This document shows, in pieces, positions 27,557 to 36,073 of a stretch of DNA of 64,000 nucleotides. The stretch's first letter is position 1. The number at the start of each line of letters is the position of its first letter. The notes under the pieces were generated by a model, which was not told the DNA's origin, made no database searches, and worked only from the letters and a program-made list of their open reading frames with translations. Source of the DNA: Bacteroidota bacterium (GTDB lineage Bacteria; Bacteroidota; Ignavibacteria; Kryptoniales; JAKASW01). The stretch is taken from the NCBI GenBank assembly GCA_021845665.1, contig JAJZVO010000021.1:1289-65288 (forward strand), read 5' to 3'. The translations under genes and the position numbers were made by a program.

Positions 27557-28627
27557 ATGCCAAAGAAAAAAAAGATAGCTGTCGTTTACGACGAAGGCGC
27601 CCTGGACATCAGTTCCGAGGTCCAACTGGCCCTAAATGGCAAATCTGAGCCTGAAGGGAAAATTTCCCATCGAGATACCTCTTTAACCAGTGTGATCGAA
27701 CAGGTCGACACCATCGTTGAAGTGCTAACTGAGTCGGGGTACAACGTCTCGACTCTTCTTGCGGGTGCGGATATCGGCAAGCTCATGGATAGACTCCGCG
27801 AAGACAAGCCCGACTTGATTTTCAATTTCTGCGAGGCTATCGAAGATAACTCATTTCAAGAGATGAATGTTGCCGGTCTCTATGAACTTCTTGGCATGAG
27901 ATATACCGGCAGTGGACCGCTCACGCTTGGAAGCTGTCTCAACAAAGTCAGAACCAAGGAAGTGCTCTCCTTTCATAAGCTGAACATAGCGCCCTTTCGT
28001 GTTTTCAATTCGCCCGATGAAGTGCTGAGAAAGAAGATGGCGTTCCCGGTGATAGCGAAGCCGATACATGAAGATGCGAGTGCTGGAATAACGAATGCTT
28101 CGGTTGTGTACGATCGTGACCATCTGCAGTCTCTTTTGGCAGAGATGCTCAAGAAGTTCAACCAGCCTATCCTGGTTGAGCAGTACATTGAAGGAAGGGA
28201 GTTCAACGTTGCGATCGTCGGAAACGAGGAACTTGTCGCGCTTCCTGTCTCGGAAATAGATTTCAGCACGATGCCGGAAGGCTTTCATCACATAGTATCT
28301 TACGAAGCGAAGTGGATGCCTGAAACCGTCGAATACAAGTCCACCGTACCGATATGCCCGGCAAAGATCAACCAGCGGATGCAGAAGAAAATTCAAAACA
28401 CCGCCATAAGAGCATACGAGGTGATGGGGTGCAGAGATTACGCCAGAGTCGACATGCGCGTCGACAAAGCCGGAAGGGTATTTGTGCTTGAGGTCAATTC
28501 CAATCCCGATCTTTCACCGGGAGAGTCCGGATTTGCTCGAAGTGCAGGGGCTTTTGGCTGGACGTACAGCCAGCTTATCAACAACATTGTCGAATCAGCC
28601 TTTAAGAGGAGCGTTGGTACGTATTAG
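27557..28627 (+). CDS. ATP-grasp ligase, D-Ala-D-Ala-ligase-like family (paralog 2)
   Basis: 41 nt after paralog 1 and collinear with it: LNKVRTKEVL, FPVIAKPIHEDASAGI, EQYIEGREFNVAIVGN, CRDYARVDMRVD, VLEVNSNPD. It has no Ddl N-terminal motif either. Confidence 0.8.
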   Translation: MPKKKKIAVVYDEGALDISSEVQLALNGKSEPEGKISHRDTSLTSVIEQVDTIVEVLTESGYNVSTLLAGADIGKLMDRLREDKPDLIFNFCEAIEDNSFQEMNVAGLYELLGMRYTGSGPLTLGSCLNKVRTKEVLSFHKLNIAPFRVFNSPDEVLRKKMAFPVIAKPIHEDASAGITNASVVYDRDHLQSLLAEMLKKFNQPILVEQYIEGREFNVAIVGNEELVALPVSEIDFSTMPEGFHHIVSYEAKWMPETVEYKSTVPICPAKINQRMQKKIQNTAIRAYEVMGCRDYARVDMRVDKAGRVFVLEVNSNPDLSPGESGFARSAGAFGWTYSQLINNIVESAFKRSVGTY

Positions 28628-29093
28628 ACCAACTGTCAGGGAAGATCATCCCCTGATACTGGACATCCTCAAGAGGACGGATTATTTCACACCGGCCGAA
28701 GTAGAGATCGCAGATGAGCTGCTCAATTCCTATTTCGATGACTCCCTTGAAAGCGGATACTGGACTTATACGGCCGAATCCGACGGAGTCGCCGGTTATG
28801 TCTGTTACGGCCCGACGCCTTTGACTGAGGGAACGTACGATATTTATTGGATTGCCGTCGACCCGAACCAACAGGGAAAGAAGATAGGCACGGAGCTGCT
28901 CCACTTTGCAGAGAAAGACATAGCGGAGCACAAGGGGAGACTCATAACGGTTTACACGAGTTCACAGGAGAAATACGGCTCCACCAGGAGTTTTTATCTT
29001 AAGCGGGGCTATCACGAAGGATGTAGAATAAAGGACTACTACCGACGCGGAGACGACCTCGTGGTCTATGTTAAACAAATATCGGAGGACTAA
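28614..29093 (+). CDS. Small GNAT-family N-acetyltransferase (~159 aa)
   Basis: The ORF frame is open from 28482. The most plausible start is TTG 28614, just after AAGAGGAG, overlapping the upstream stop by 14 nt. The GNAT core is YWIAVDPNQQGKKIGTELLHFAEKDI...TRSFYLKRGY. The exact start is uncertain. Confidence 0.75.
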   Translation: MVRIRPTVREDHPLILDILKRTDYFTPAEVEIADELLNSYFDDSLESGYWTYTAESDGVAGYVCYGPTPLTEGTYDIYWIAVDPNQQGKKIGTELLHFAEKDIAEHKGRLITVYTSSQEKYGSTRSFYLKRGYHEGCRIKDYYRRGDDLVVYVKQISED

Positions 29094-29096
29094 TTT

Positions 29097-30281
29097 ATGG
29101 AACTGTGGCAGCAGATGCTGAGGCAGAGTATAGACAGTGCTGATGACCTTGTCAAGCGCTTCAACTTTGACAAAGAAACTGCCGAAAGGTTGAACAGCCT
29201 TTTCCACATCAGAATAAACCCGTACTATTTAAGCCTAATTCGCCATCCGGGCGACCCCATCTGGCTTCAATGCATCCCCGATGCGAAGGAGCTCGATGAT
29301 GACGGTCTTCCCGAAGACCCGCTGAATGAAGACGGTGATAGCCCGGTTCCAAGCATTACGCACCGATATCCCGACAGAGTCCTTTTTCTCGTTACCAGTC
29401 AATGCTCGATGTATTGCAGATTCTGCACGAGAAAAAGGAAAGTGAGTGATTCAAGCAAGATCAGCATGAGATACATCCAGGATGGATTGGACTACATTAA
29501 GGCTCATCCGGAAGTGAGAGACGTCATCGTGTCCGGAGGCGATCCTCTCATGCTTACAGATGTCATGCTCGAAAAAGTGCTGAAGGGCCTCCGTGAGATC
29601 CCGCACGTCGAGATTATCCGCGTGCATACGAAGATGCCCTGCGTTCTCCCGCAGAGAATTACTCCCGAACTCGTCGAGATGATGAAAAAGTACCAGCCGC
29701 TTTATGTTAATGTCCATTTCAATCATCCTTGGGAGGTCACTCCGGAAGCCAAGCAGGCGTGCAATCTTCTTGCCGATGCAGGCTTCCCGCTCGGGAACCA
29801 GATGGTTTTGATGAAAGGGGTGAACGACGATCCAGAAGTCGTGAAGGAGCTCAACCGCAAACTACTCATGATGAGAGTTCGGCCGTACTATATCTACCAG
29901 GCCGATATGGTGAAGAGCACGAACCACTTCAGGACCCCGATAAAGACCGGTCTGGAAATAATGGACAAGCTTCGCGGACACACGAGCGGACTTGCGGTTC
30001 CATACTTCGTGATAGATGCTCCAGGCGGAGGCGGTAAGATACCGATCCTTCCACAATACGTCCTCTATCACGACGAGCAGAAGATCGTCATTCGTAACTA
30101 CAAGTATGAGGTCTTCGAATATGACGAGATCACAGGACAGTCGAAGGCAGCACCGTCCGACGTCGACTCGAGGTTCCTGAGAAAATCGCCGGTTATCATA
30201 AGGGAGAGGCGCAGACGTGTGTCCAAGGCTAAGCGCCGGCAGGCCGTTAAGGTCAAAATAGAGAAGACGGTTCAAGAATAA
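29097..30281 (+). CDS. KamA-family radical-SAM aminomutase (lysine 2,3-aminomutase-like)
   Basis: ATG 3 nt after the GNAT stop. Radical-SAM cluster CSMYCRFCTRKR, SGGDPL, and the PLP-lysine block VIDAPGGGGKIPI. YYIYQADMV retains an Asp where lysine aminomutases have one (from memory). There is a strongly basic C-terminal tail, RERRRRVSKAKRRQAVKVKIEK. Confidence 0.9.
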   Translation: MELWQQMLRQSIDSADDLVKRFNFDKETAERLNSLFHIRINPYYLSLIRHPGDPIWLQCIPDAKELDDDGLPEDPLNEDGDSPVPSITHRYPDRVLFLVTSQCSMYCRFCTRKRKVSDSSKISMRYIQDGLDYIKAHPEVRDVIVSGGDPLMLTDVMLEKVLKGLREIPHVEIIRVHTKMPCVLPQRITPELVEMMKKYQPLYVNVHFNHPWEVTPEAKQACNLLADAGFPLGNQMVLMKGVNDDPEVVKELNRKLLMMRVRPYYIYQADMVKSTNHFRTPIKTGLEIMDKLRGHTSGLAVPYFVIDAPGGGGKIPILPQYVLYHDEQKIVIRNYKYEVFEYDEITGQSKAAPSDVDSRFLRKSPVIIRERRRRVSKAKRRQAVKVKIEKTVQE

Positions 30282-30291
30282 GCATATGAAT

Positions 30292-30324
30292 GGCTGTCCG
30301 GGCCAGTGCTTTGTCCGGACAGCC
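30292..30324 (+). terminator. Hairpin at the convergent junction after the KamA gene
   Basis: GGCTGTCCGG (30292-30301) pairs with CCGGACAGCC (30315-30324). There is no clear T tract on the plus strand. Confidence 0.5.
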
Positions 30325-30388
30325 CAGATTTACGATACGAGATAGATACGGCGAGGATAGAGGTTCGCGAAGGCCCCAATAGTTCTTG

Positions 30389-30964
30389 TCAATTCGCCGA
30401 GCCGGCGAGTGCCGCGTAAATTGTGCTGTTCAACACCCCGTGTTTCAAAATCAACTTTCTACCGAGGACTATGTAATGGCTCCAAGCAATCACAGATATG
30501 AAAACGAATAAATCTCCCTTAAGATCCGAAATCGCGATACGTGGACCTTCATCGAGAACTATCTCCAATACTCCCGTGAATGCTGGCATTGTGCCGCGGC
30601 AAGCTTGGGTAGCGCAATTTTCTCTTTGAGGTAGACTCTCCTTACAGCAATAACACGATAACGGGAGATGTCGAGTAGAGGATTACTGCCGAAGTCACCG
30701 TCGTACATCTGACACCGTACAGGATTAAGAACTGATTCACTGGTATTGATATTAAGCCGGGATGCAGCGGTAGAGCGAGACCTCTTCCTCTATAGCTGAA
30801 TTTGGGTCTGGCATACAAAAGGTAGAGCAGATTGTCGAGCCTTAAATCAGAGCCCTGATGAAAGTGAGATTTGCGGCGGGGATTAATTGGGTGGCAGCGT
30901 TCGCGATTATGCAGGTGCCGCTCGAAAAGAATATCTGGATGATTAAGATTATGTAGGGGTTCAC
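30389..30964 (-). pseudogene. EamA/DMT-family transporter pseudogene (at least two frameshifts, a premature stop, 3' truncation)
   Basis: My own translation shows EamA-like segments in three different minus-strand frames. The first, from GTG 30964 (GTGA overlap with the upstream stop), reads NPYIILIIQIFFSSGTCIIANAATQLIPAANLTFIRALI then stops. The second, in the listed ORF 30642-30983, reads ...NQFLILYGVRCTTVTSAVILYSTSPVIVLLL then stops. The third, ORF 30389-30589, reads ...GDLFVFISVIAWSHYIVLGRKLILKHGVLNSTIYAALAGS then stops. The second EamA domain is missing. Confidence 0.7.
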
Positions 30965-32370
30965 GCGAAGTTATCTGCGACACTTGCGAGTGTTCCTGCC
31001 GTCATGCCGTTTTCTTTTATCTCCTGAAGGACGGCAGTGAATATTTCGGTGTAGCCTTGAAAATCTATCGGATCTGTAAGTGAATTGTGAAAAAGGATAG
31101 ACGCAGTTCCATTTGCCATCCTGGTTTCCTTAATCAGTTCCTTCATCCTGGTCAGGGCCTGGTCATTGCTGATGGTCTTATTCTCGGCAAGAGTCCCGTC
31201 CATAAAAACCAGGGGCAGCTCAATGACGGTCGACGGCCTGTCTTCTGCAAAATTGTAGAGTGGATAGGGGAAAGCGACGCTGTTTCTGAATCCGATCTCT
31301 CGCGAGAAGCCAAGTGTAGAATCGTATTTCATCTCTGCCTTTTCCCAAATCTGTACGGTTCTTCCCGCAGTGAATTTAAGGTAATGCTGTCTTACGGAGT
31401 TGACGCGTTTCCCGATGAAATCCTGGAGCCGGTTCTTCTCGCGAACGAATTCGTCCACGTCTACGTAAGTACCCATGCTTGGATGGATGCCGATCTCGAA
31501 TCCTTCAGCAGCAAGCATGTTCAGGAAGTTCCGCATCGTCTTCGATCTGAAGTTATACGGAATATCCTGCTTCCCTGTGGTTCCTGTTTTGATGAAGAAT
31601 GTGGACTTAAGTCCGAGTGAGTTCTCGGCATTGAATATGAATTTCAGTCCTATCTTGGGAAGATCGAACCCGAAAAGTGCGTATAACGGAAACAGCAGTT
31701 TTGTTGCGCGCTGCTTCGACGGGAGGCCGTGCCTGTTAAGAACGGCAATGCCGACTATTTCCCGGCTTATCATTTTGGGGTTGAGGAAGCTTACGAAATC
31801 TACGTCGTGAGTCAATGCTATTGCGCTGTCCGTGCTGGCGTACATTTTGCGATCGAGTGTAATCCCGAAGTATTCTTCGACTCGCTCTTTCAAGAGACGG
31901 GAATAGTAGTTAACCGCCGGGAATTCGAGGATTCCAAGTTTATATTGGAGAGAATCCATTGCGCGAAGCCTGTCGAATTCATCTCTCTCGAGGCTAATGA
32001 GATCCTGGAAATCGGAAGCTAGGATAAACGCTGCCGCTGGGATGTCGAAATCGATTGAGGGATTGAGCGGGTTGGCAACTGCAAAGATCTTCGGAAGAAC
32101 TTTCCCGGCATACTCGAACCTGGGAATGCTTTCGGTTTCCGGGAGCGTGGAGCCGGAAATGCATGTTCGGAACTGATCCGACGACCTAATCCACAACACC
32201 TTTTTCGAATCGTTGGGCATCTGCCGTCCGTAAAAGATATTGGGGCAATCAGGGGAGAGTGTCTTCGCGAAGTTGAGCTCGACGCGTAAAGGCTGAAAGA
32301 GCAGACTGAACCCGTATTGAATCTTCCGCTTGATGTTGTCGTCGGCGCTGACGATTATGCTTATTCTCAT
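30961..32370 (-). CDS. Polysaccharide-deacetylase-like (CE4-superfamily-like) protein with an uncharacterised N-terminal domain
   Basis: 469 aa. Central blocks IALTHDVDFVS, FEIGIHPS and SVRQHYLKF resemble the Asp/His metal-site motifs of deacetylase-fold proteins. The assignment is from memory and tentative. Confidence 0.55.
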   Translation of the reverse strand: MRISIIVSADDNIKRKIQYGFSLLFQPLRVELNFAKTLSPDCPNIFYGRQMPNDSKKVLWIRSSDQFRTCISGSTLPETESIPRFEYAGKVLPKIFAVANPLNPSIDFDIPAAAFILASDFQDLISLERDEFDRLRAMDSLQYKLGILEFPAVNYYSRLLKERVEEYFGITLDRKMYASTDSAIALTHDVDFVSFLNPKMISREIVGIAVLNRHGLPSKQRATKLLFPLYALFGFDLPKIGLKFIFNAENSLGLKSTFFIKTGTTGKQDIPYNFRSKTMRNFLNMLAAEGFEIGIHPSMGTYVDVDEFVREKNRLQDFIGKRVNSVRQHYLKFTAGRTVQIWEKAEMKYDSTLGFSREIGFRNSVAFPYPLYNFAEDRPSTVIELPLVFMDGTLAENKTISNDQALTRMKELIKETRMANGTASILFHNSLTDPIDFQGYTEIFTAVLQEIKENGMTAGTLASVADNFA

Positions 32371-32384
32371 GGCGCTGGAATTCT

Positions 32385-33551
32385 TCAGGAGAAGAAGAGC
32401 TTCATGACATCAAGTATTAATCCCGGGTGTTTAAGAACGGCTTGTTTGAAGAGCATGCCAAGTGTCTGCTCGTCTTCGGGAAGACGTGACATCTGGGCCG
32501 CGATGGAGTTAAGGTCGCTGTCCTTAAACTTATAGATCACTTTCTTAATCTTGTAGTATCTATGGTGACGGCTTCCGAGTGAATCCTGCCATTCCTTCTC
32601 GTATCTGCCGAGAGAGCTCATGTCGTTGTTCTTTACCGCCTCTGCTGCGACGATGCCGGCCATCTTTCCTGCTATCATTCCGCTAATTATTCCACCGCCG
32701 GAAACGGGATTTACCTGGTGAGCCGCATCGCCGACGAGCATCAGGCCGGGCATCGATATGCGGTCGAGTGTCTCGGCGCAGGGAACGCCTCCCGCGAGCT
32801 TGGTGAGGATGGCGGCCTCCGGAAAGTGTTCCTGCATGAACTCATCGAGGAACTTCAGCGCGTGCTTCTGCCTGCTCCTGTCTGCGGCAACAGCGAGACC
32901 GATATTGGCGGTCTTGTTCCCTTTCGGGAACACCCAAAGATAGCCTCCCGGAGCGTATTTCTCGCCGAAGTAGAAGTAGCAAGTATCCTGTTCAACATCG
33001 ATGTTGGCCGCAGTCACCTGTGCTGCGGATTCCATGTCGTGCATCGAAACCGTTGTGTCTATACCTGCCCATCTTCCGACACGCGACTCGACTCCGTCTG
33101 CCCCAATCACGATCTTGCTCTTCAAGGTTAGGCGTTCTCCGTGGTACTGGACCGTGACACCGGTGACGCTCTCGTCGGTGCGTGTCACTCCGTCGACATA
33201 CGCCTTCGTTATCACTTCCGCCCCTTCGTCGGCGGCGATTCTCGCGAGGTCGTAGTCGAACACCTTCCTGTCCAGGACGTACCCGACACCGTCTATGTTC
33301 GGTTTCACCGTCATTCCGTTTGGGGCAACGAGTTTGAAATACTTAATTTCCGCGGCCACGAATTTTTTATCCGGCTCTATGAACGGAGCCAGCCCCTCGT
33401 GGTCCACAGCTTCACCACATCTCACCGGCACGCCGATCTCTCTGTCTTTCTCGAGGACGAGGACACTCGCTCCTTCCATAGCCGCATACCGCGCGGCGGT
33501 CGAGCCTGCCGGTCCGCCACCCACTACGATTATATCGTACGATTCCCTCAT
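32385..33551 (-). CDS. Geranylgeranyl-reductase-family FAD-dependent oxidoreductase
   Basis: YDIIVVGGGPAGSTAARYAAMEGASVLVLEKD (FAD dinucleotide fold), RCGEAV, and LVGDAAHQVNPVSGGGI. All are typical of the GGR/ChlP/BchP family. Confidence 0.85.
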   Translation of the reverse strand: MRESYDIIVVGGGPAGSTAARYAAMEGASVLVLEKDREIGVPVRCGEAVDHEGLAPFIEPDKKFVAAEIKYFKLVAPNGMTVKPNIDGVGYVLDRKVFDYDLARIAADEGAEVITKAYVDGVTRTDESVTGVTVQYHGERLTLKSKIVIGADGVESRVGRWAGIDTTVSMHDMESAAQVTAANIDVEQDTCYFYFGEKYAPGGYLWVFPKGNKTANIGLAVAADRSRQKHALKFLDEFMQEHFPEAAILTKLAGGVPCAETLDRISMPGLMLVGDAAHQVNPVSGGGIISGMIAGKMAGIVAAEAVKNNDMSSLGRYEKEWQDSLGSRHHRYYKIKKVIYKFKDSDLNSIAAQMSRLPEDEQTLGMLFKQAVLKHPGLILDVMKLFFS

Positions 33552-33766
33552 GCCGTCACTTTCACTCTTATTCTTTCGCCTTTGCCGGAATGATCGTTAT
33601 GAAACTCGAAGACTTCGAAAGGACACGCCCACTCGCATTTCCGACAATTCGTGCATATCTCGTGCACAATTGAAATGCGGCTTTCGGTGAGGTCTATGCA
33701 GTTCTCCGGACATACGCCGACGCAGCATCCGCATAAATCACACTTTTCTTCATATATCTCTATCAC
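33548..33766 (-). CDS. 2x[4Fe-4S] ferredoxin
   Basis: I place the start at GTG 33766, with AAGGAG 7 nt upstream, rather than the listed 33895. Two C..C..C...CP motifs are present: CDLCGCCVGVCP and CTNCRKCEWACP. The stop overlaps the reductase ATG (ATGA). Confidence 0.8.
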   Translation of the reverse strand: MIEIYEEKCDLCGCCVGVCPENCIDLTESRISIVHEICTNCRKCEWACPFEVFEFHNDHSGKGERIRVKVTA

Positions 33767-33988
33767 TCTTCCGCTCCTTTTGGATCTCGGGACGGATTGA
33801 AATTTCCTCTTCCCATTATAAACAGACTCGAAACGATTTGCCGTCGAATGGAAGGTCAAACGGCTCAGACAATATAAGAAACGGCGAAGATGCAAACAGC
33901 GCTTTCGCCGTGTGTGCCATGGTCTGAATATGCCGAGGTAGGTGGAATGTATTAGTTCACTGAGACGGCAAGGCGGCCGTTTACCGAT

Positions 33989-35839
33989 TCATCTCAGACT
34001 TTCGAAATAATGCTCCAGTAGTTCCTTGTCGCGGTAGGTTTCGCTCAATATCCGTTTCCTTTGAACGAGCTCCTGGTATTCGAAATCGAGGTCGTGGGTG
34101 CTCGTCCCTTTCTTTTCCTGGTCGGCGATTCGCGCGGTAAGCATTTTCAACCTCTGATCAATCTGCTCGAGTTCGAATGAAATGAGGAGCTGCGAAATCC
34201 ATTTGAGATAGTCTGGCGTTTCACTTCCAGGTCTTATCTCTTCCCACCATATCCTACTTCTTTGAGGGGCAGCAAAAGCCAGTTCGGCGAATGCTTTCCT
34301 GACATTTTCGGACGAGAGTTCATCGATCACGGCAGACGCGGGGTTTCCGGTGTTTCGTGCCGTGATGACCTTCTCGATGATTTCGCCGCTCATCGGGTTC
34401 TGGATCTCCAGCCTGGAAATTTGACCGGCAATAATCTCGAATAAGGATTCGTCGACATTTACGAGAAGGCTTATAAGATCGCGATCCGCGATCGTGAGGC
34501 GAAAATCCTGTCGTTTCACCTGGGCCGGCTGAGCAGATTGGTATCTCGAATGCGTCGATTTTCTCTTCTTCAGCTCTTCGTATATGGCTTCCTCGCGCAA
34601 ACCGAATTTGCCCGCAAGATCTTTGACGTAAAGGTTGACCTTGATGGCGTCGCTAATTCTTGTGAGCGATTCCACTATCGACTGAATTATCGCGGCAACG
34701 TTCGAAGATGAGCCGGCCCGGCGTGTAAGCAATGAGGCTTTGAATTCAACGATATTCATCGCGCTGCCGATAAGCGACATGAACTCTTCGCTTCCCTTCG
34801 CAAGAACGAAGGTATCCGGGTCCTCACCCGGCGGGAGCTCTACGATGTAGACGTTCATTCCCTGTTCGAGGAGTATGTCCGATCCGCGCATCGAAGCGTC
34901 CTGTCCGGCCGTATCCGCATCATAAACGAGATATACATTCTGCGTGTAGCGGGAGATGTGCTGAATCTGTTCGATGGTAAGGGCGGTGCCGCTGGAGGCG
35001 ACTACGTTTCGAATTCCGGACTGGTGGAGTGCGATGAGATCGGCGTAGCCTTCCACAAGGATGGCAGAGTCCTTTTCTATTATTGCGTCCTTAGCCTGAT
35101 AAATCCCGAAAAGGGTCTTGCCTTTTATGTAGGCGGCCGTCTCGGGGGAATTGATGTATTTTGCTTTCTCGTCCGGCTTCAGCGTCCTGCCTCCAAAGGC
35201 GATGACGCTACCGCCGGCCGAAAAAACAGGGAACATCACTCTTGCCCTGAAACGGTCATAATATCCAGAACCATCCTGCCTCATTAATATGAGACCCGAC
35301 TTTTCGATGGTTTTTTCGTTCATTCCCTTTTTCTTCAGGTAGTTGAGAAGTCCGTCCCACCTGTCAGGGGCGTACCCGATCATGAACCTGTCGATGGAGT
35401 CGTCGTTAAACTGCCTCTTCTCTTTCAGGTACGCGAGTGCACTGGCCCCTTCGTCGGACCGAAGCATATCACGATAGTACCTGACCGCCTTTTCATTTAT
35501 GTCGAGAACCTCGTCGACGTCGTTGTGCCTCTCGTCGGAATACGAAGGAAGTGTAATGTTCGCCCGCGAAGCCAGCTGGCGAAGCGCCTCTCCGAAAGAT
35601 ATCTTCTCGTGCTGTGTAAGGAAAGTGAAAACGTTTCCTCCAGCGCCGCAGCCGAAACAGTGGTACAGCCCCTTTTCCCTGTTAACGGTGAATGACGGAG
35701 TTTTCTCGGTATGGAACGGACAGAGGCCGAGATAGTTCTTCCCGCGCTTCTGAAGCCGGACGTACTGGGATATGATATCGACGATGTCCGTGGCGCGTCT
35801 GACTTCTTCTACGATGCTGTCTGAGGAAAATTTGCTCAT
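33989..35839 (-). CDS. dnaG: DNA primase
   Basis: Start at ATG 35839 (MSKFSSDSIVEEV...). Zinc-finger CPFHTEKTPSFTV...YHCFGCGAGGN, and TOPRIM blocks EGYADLIAL and YLVYDADTAGQ. Confidence 0.95.
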   Translation of the reverse strand: MSKFSSDSIVEEVRRATDIVDIISQYVRLQKRGKNYLGLCPFHTEKTPSFTVNREKGLYHCFGCGAGGNVFTFLTQHEKISFGEALRQLASRANITLPSYSDERHNDVDEVLDINEKAVRYYRDMLRSDEGASALAYLKEKRQFNDDSIDRFMIGYAPDRWDGLLNYLKKKGMNEKTIEKSGLILMRQDGSGYYDRFRARVMFPVFSAGGSVIAFGGRTLKPDEKAKYINSPETAAYIKGKTLFGIYQAKDAIIEKDSAILVEGYADLIALHQSGIRNVVASSGTALTIEQIQHISRYTQNVYLVYDADTAGQDASMRGSDILLEQGMNVYIVELPPGEDPDTFVLAKGSEEFMSLIGSAMNIVEFKASLLTRRAGSSSNVAAIIQSIVESLTRISDAIKVNLYVKDLAGKFGLREEAIYEELKKRKSTHSRYQSAQPAQVKRQDFRLTIADRDLISLLVNVDESLFEIIAGQISRLEIQNPMSGEIIEKVITARNTGNPASAVIDELSSENVRKAFAELAFAAPQRSRIWWEEIRPGSETPDYLKWISQLLISFELEQIDQRLKMLTARIADQEKKGTSTHDLDFEYQELVQRKRILSETYRDKELLEHYFESLR

Positions 35840-36073
35840 GCTTATCTGAAATGATGGCCGGTGTGAGTAACGATCTCGCATCACAGGCGGAACGATGCTG
35901 CAATGATTACGAACCTATTGCTGTTACCCGTTTACTCCAGAACGTCAGAACTTAATCAAGCGTACTGTGATATTCAATCATGGACGATCCTCCGCATCCT
36001 CAGCGAGTCACGAGTTTTTTTGGTCCTCCGATTTTCTTGAATATTGTTTGCATGGATTATAAATTTTTACTGC

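Noticed and set aside
29097-30281. I considered whether the KamA-family gene is simply EpmB, the EF-P beta-lysylation enzyme.
   Set aside because: This is not excluded, but there is no epmA or efp in the window. The gene is translationally linked to a GNAT and two ATP-grasp ligases, which the EF-P pathway does not use. I kept it as an explicit refutation criterion in the finding.
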